Shown piece after piece: positions 63,595 through 64,000 of a stretch of DNA of 64,000 bases (its first letter is position 1; each line of letters begins with the position of its first letter). Source of the stretch: Glycera tridactyla (lineage: Eukaryota); assembly GCA_965644265.1 (NCBI GenBank), contig OZ286460.1, positions 100,316,001 to 100,380,000 on the forward strand, given 5' to 3'. The notes under the pieces were generated by a model. That model was not told the origin of the DNA, ran no database searches, and saw only the letters and a list, made by a program, of their open reading frames with translations. The position numbers and the translations under genes are program-made.

Positions 63595-64000
63595 CACTAA
63601 AATAAACCTGTATCCAGCATGAAAAATGGCTCAAGTGAATAAAAGACACAATTTTCCTACCCCTGGAGTCATCTTGAGCTGACTATTGTTGACACATTTC
63701 CACAATTTATTTTTCTTTTTCAAATTATAATTAAATTGTGGTAAATCAGTACAGCTCCACATATTGCTTTGCAAACTACCCACATGGTATTCTTGGCATA
63801 CAGTACTATGTAGGAGCATACTGCATGTTACTGCATAGGAATCTAATAGGAAAATATAGTTCAACAGTTTTCATTTTCTTATAGAGTAAAACCAGTCTCG
63901 TGAGACCGCTCCAAGTGCCAACCAAAAGTGGTCTCTCATGACAGCTGGTCTCTCATCTGAGGTATATTAGACTATGTCAAATAGAAAACAGCCGAGAAGT

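Noticed and set aside
46970-64000. A second alternative OPA3 exon 2, as in vertebrate OPA3A/OPA3B
   Set aside because: No paralogous YH..E..MR..G or E.GA.LLGE-like ORF appears downstream in the window.

Overview
This is animal genomic DNA, probably from a marine invertebrate (inferred from the repeat repertoire). It is AT-rich and largely CpG-depleted, with two 138-N assembly gaps. The only gene I can identify with confidence is OPA3: two coding exons at 42525-42660 and 46563-46969, 180 aa, with the intron at the same position and phase as in human OPA3. A probable unidentified gene starts head-to-head 270 bp upstream on the minus strand; its exon structure is tentative. Most of the window is intronic or intergenic DNA packed with non-autonomous transposons. 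These include TA-TSD pogo/Tc1-mariner MITEs, CAG(G)...(C)CTG MITEs with 5-bp TSDs (hAT5-like), PIF/Harbinger-like MITEs, a complete Helentron-associated element (HINE) carrying a 147-bp satellite, a 5'-truncated CR1/L2-type LINE, a SINE relic, fold-back palindromes and minisatellites. I found no clear new multi-gene system. The best leads are a Penelope-type hammerhead ribozyme core in the putative intron of the divergent gene, the 5-bp-TSD MITE families, and the unidentified divergent gene itself.
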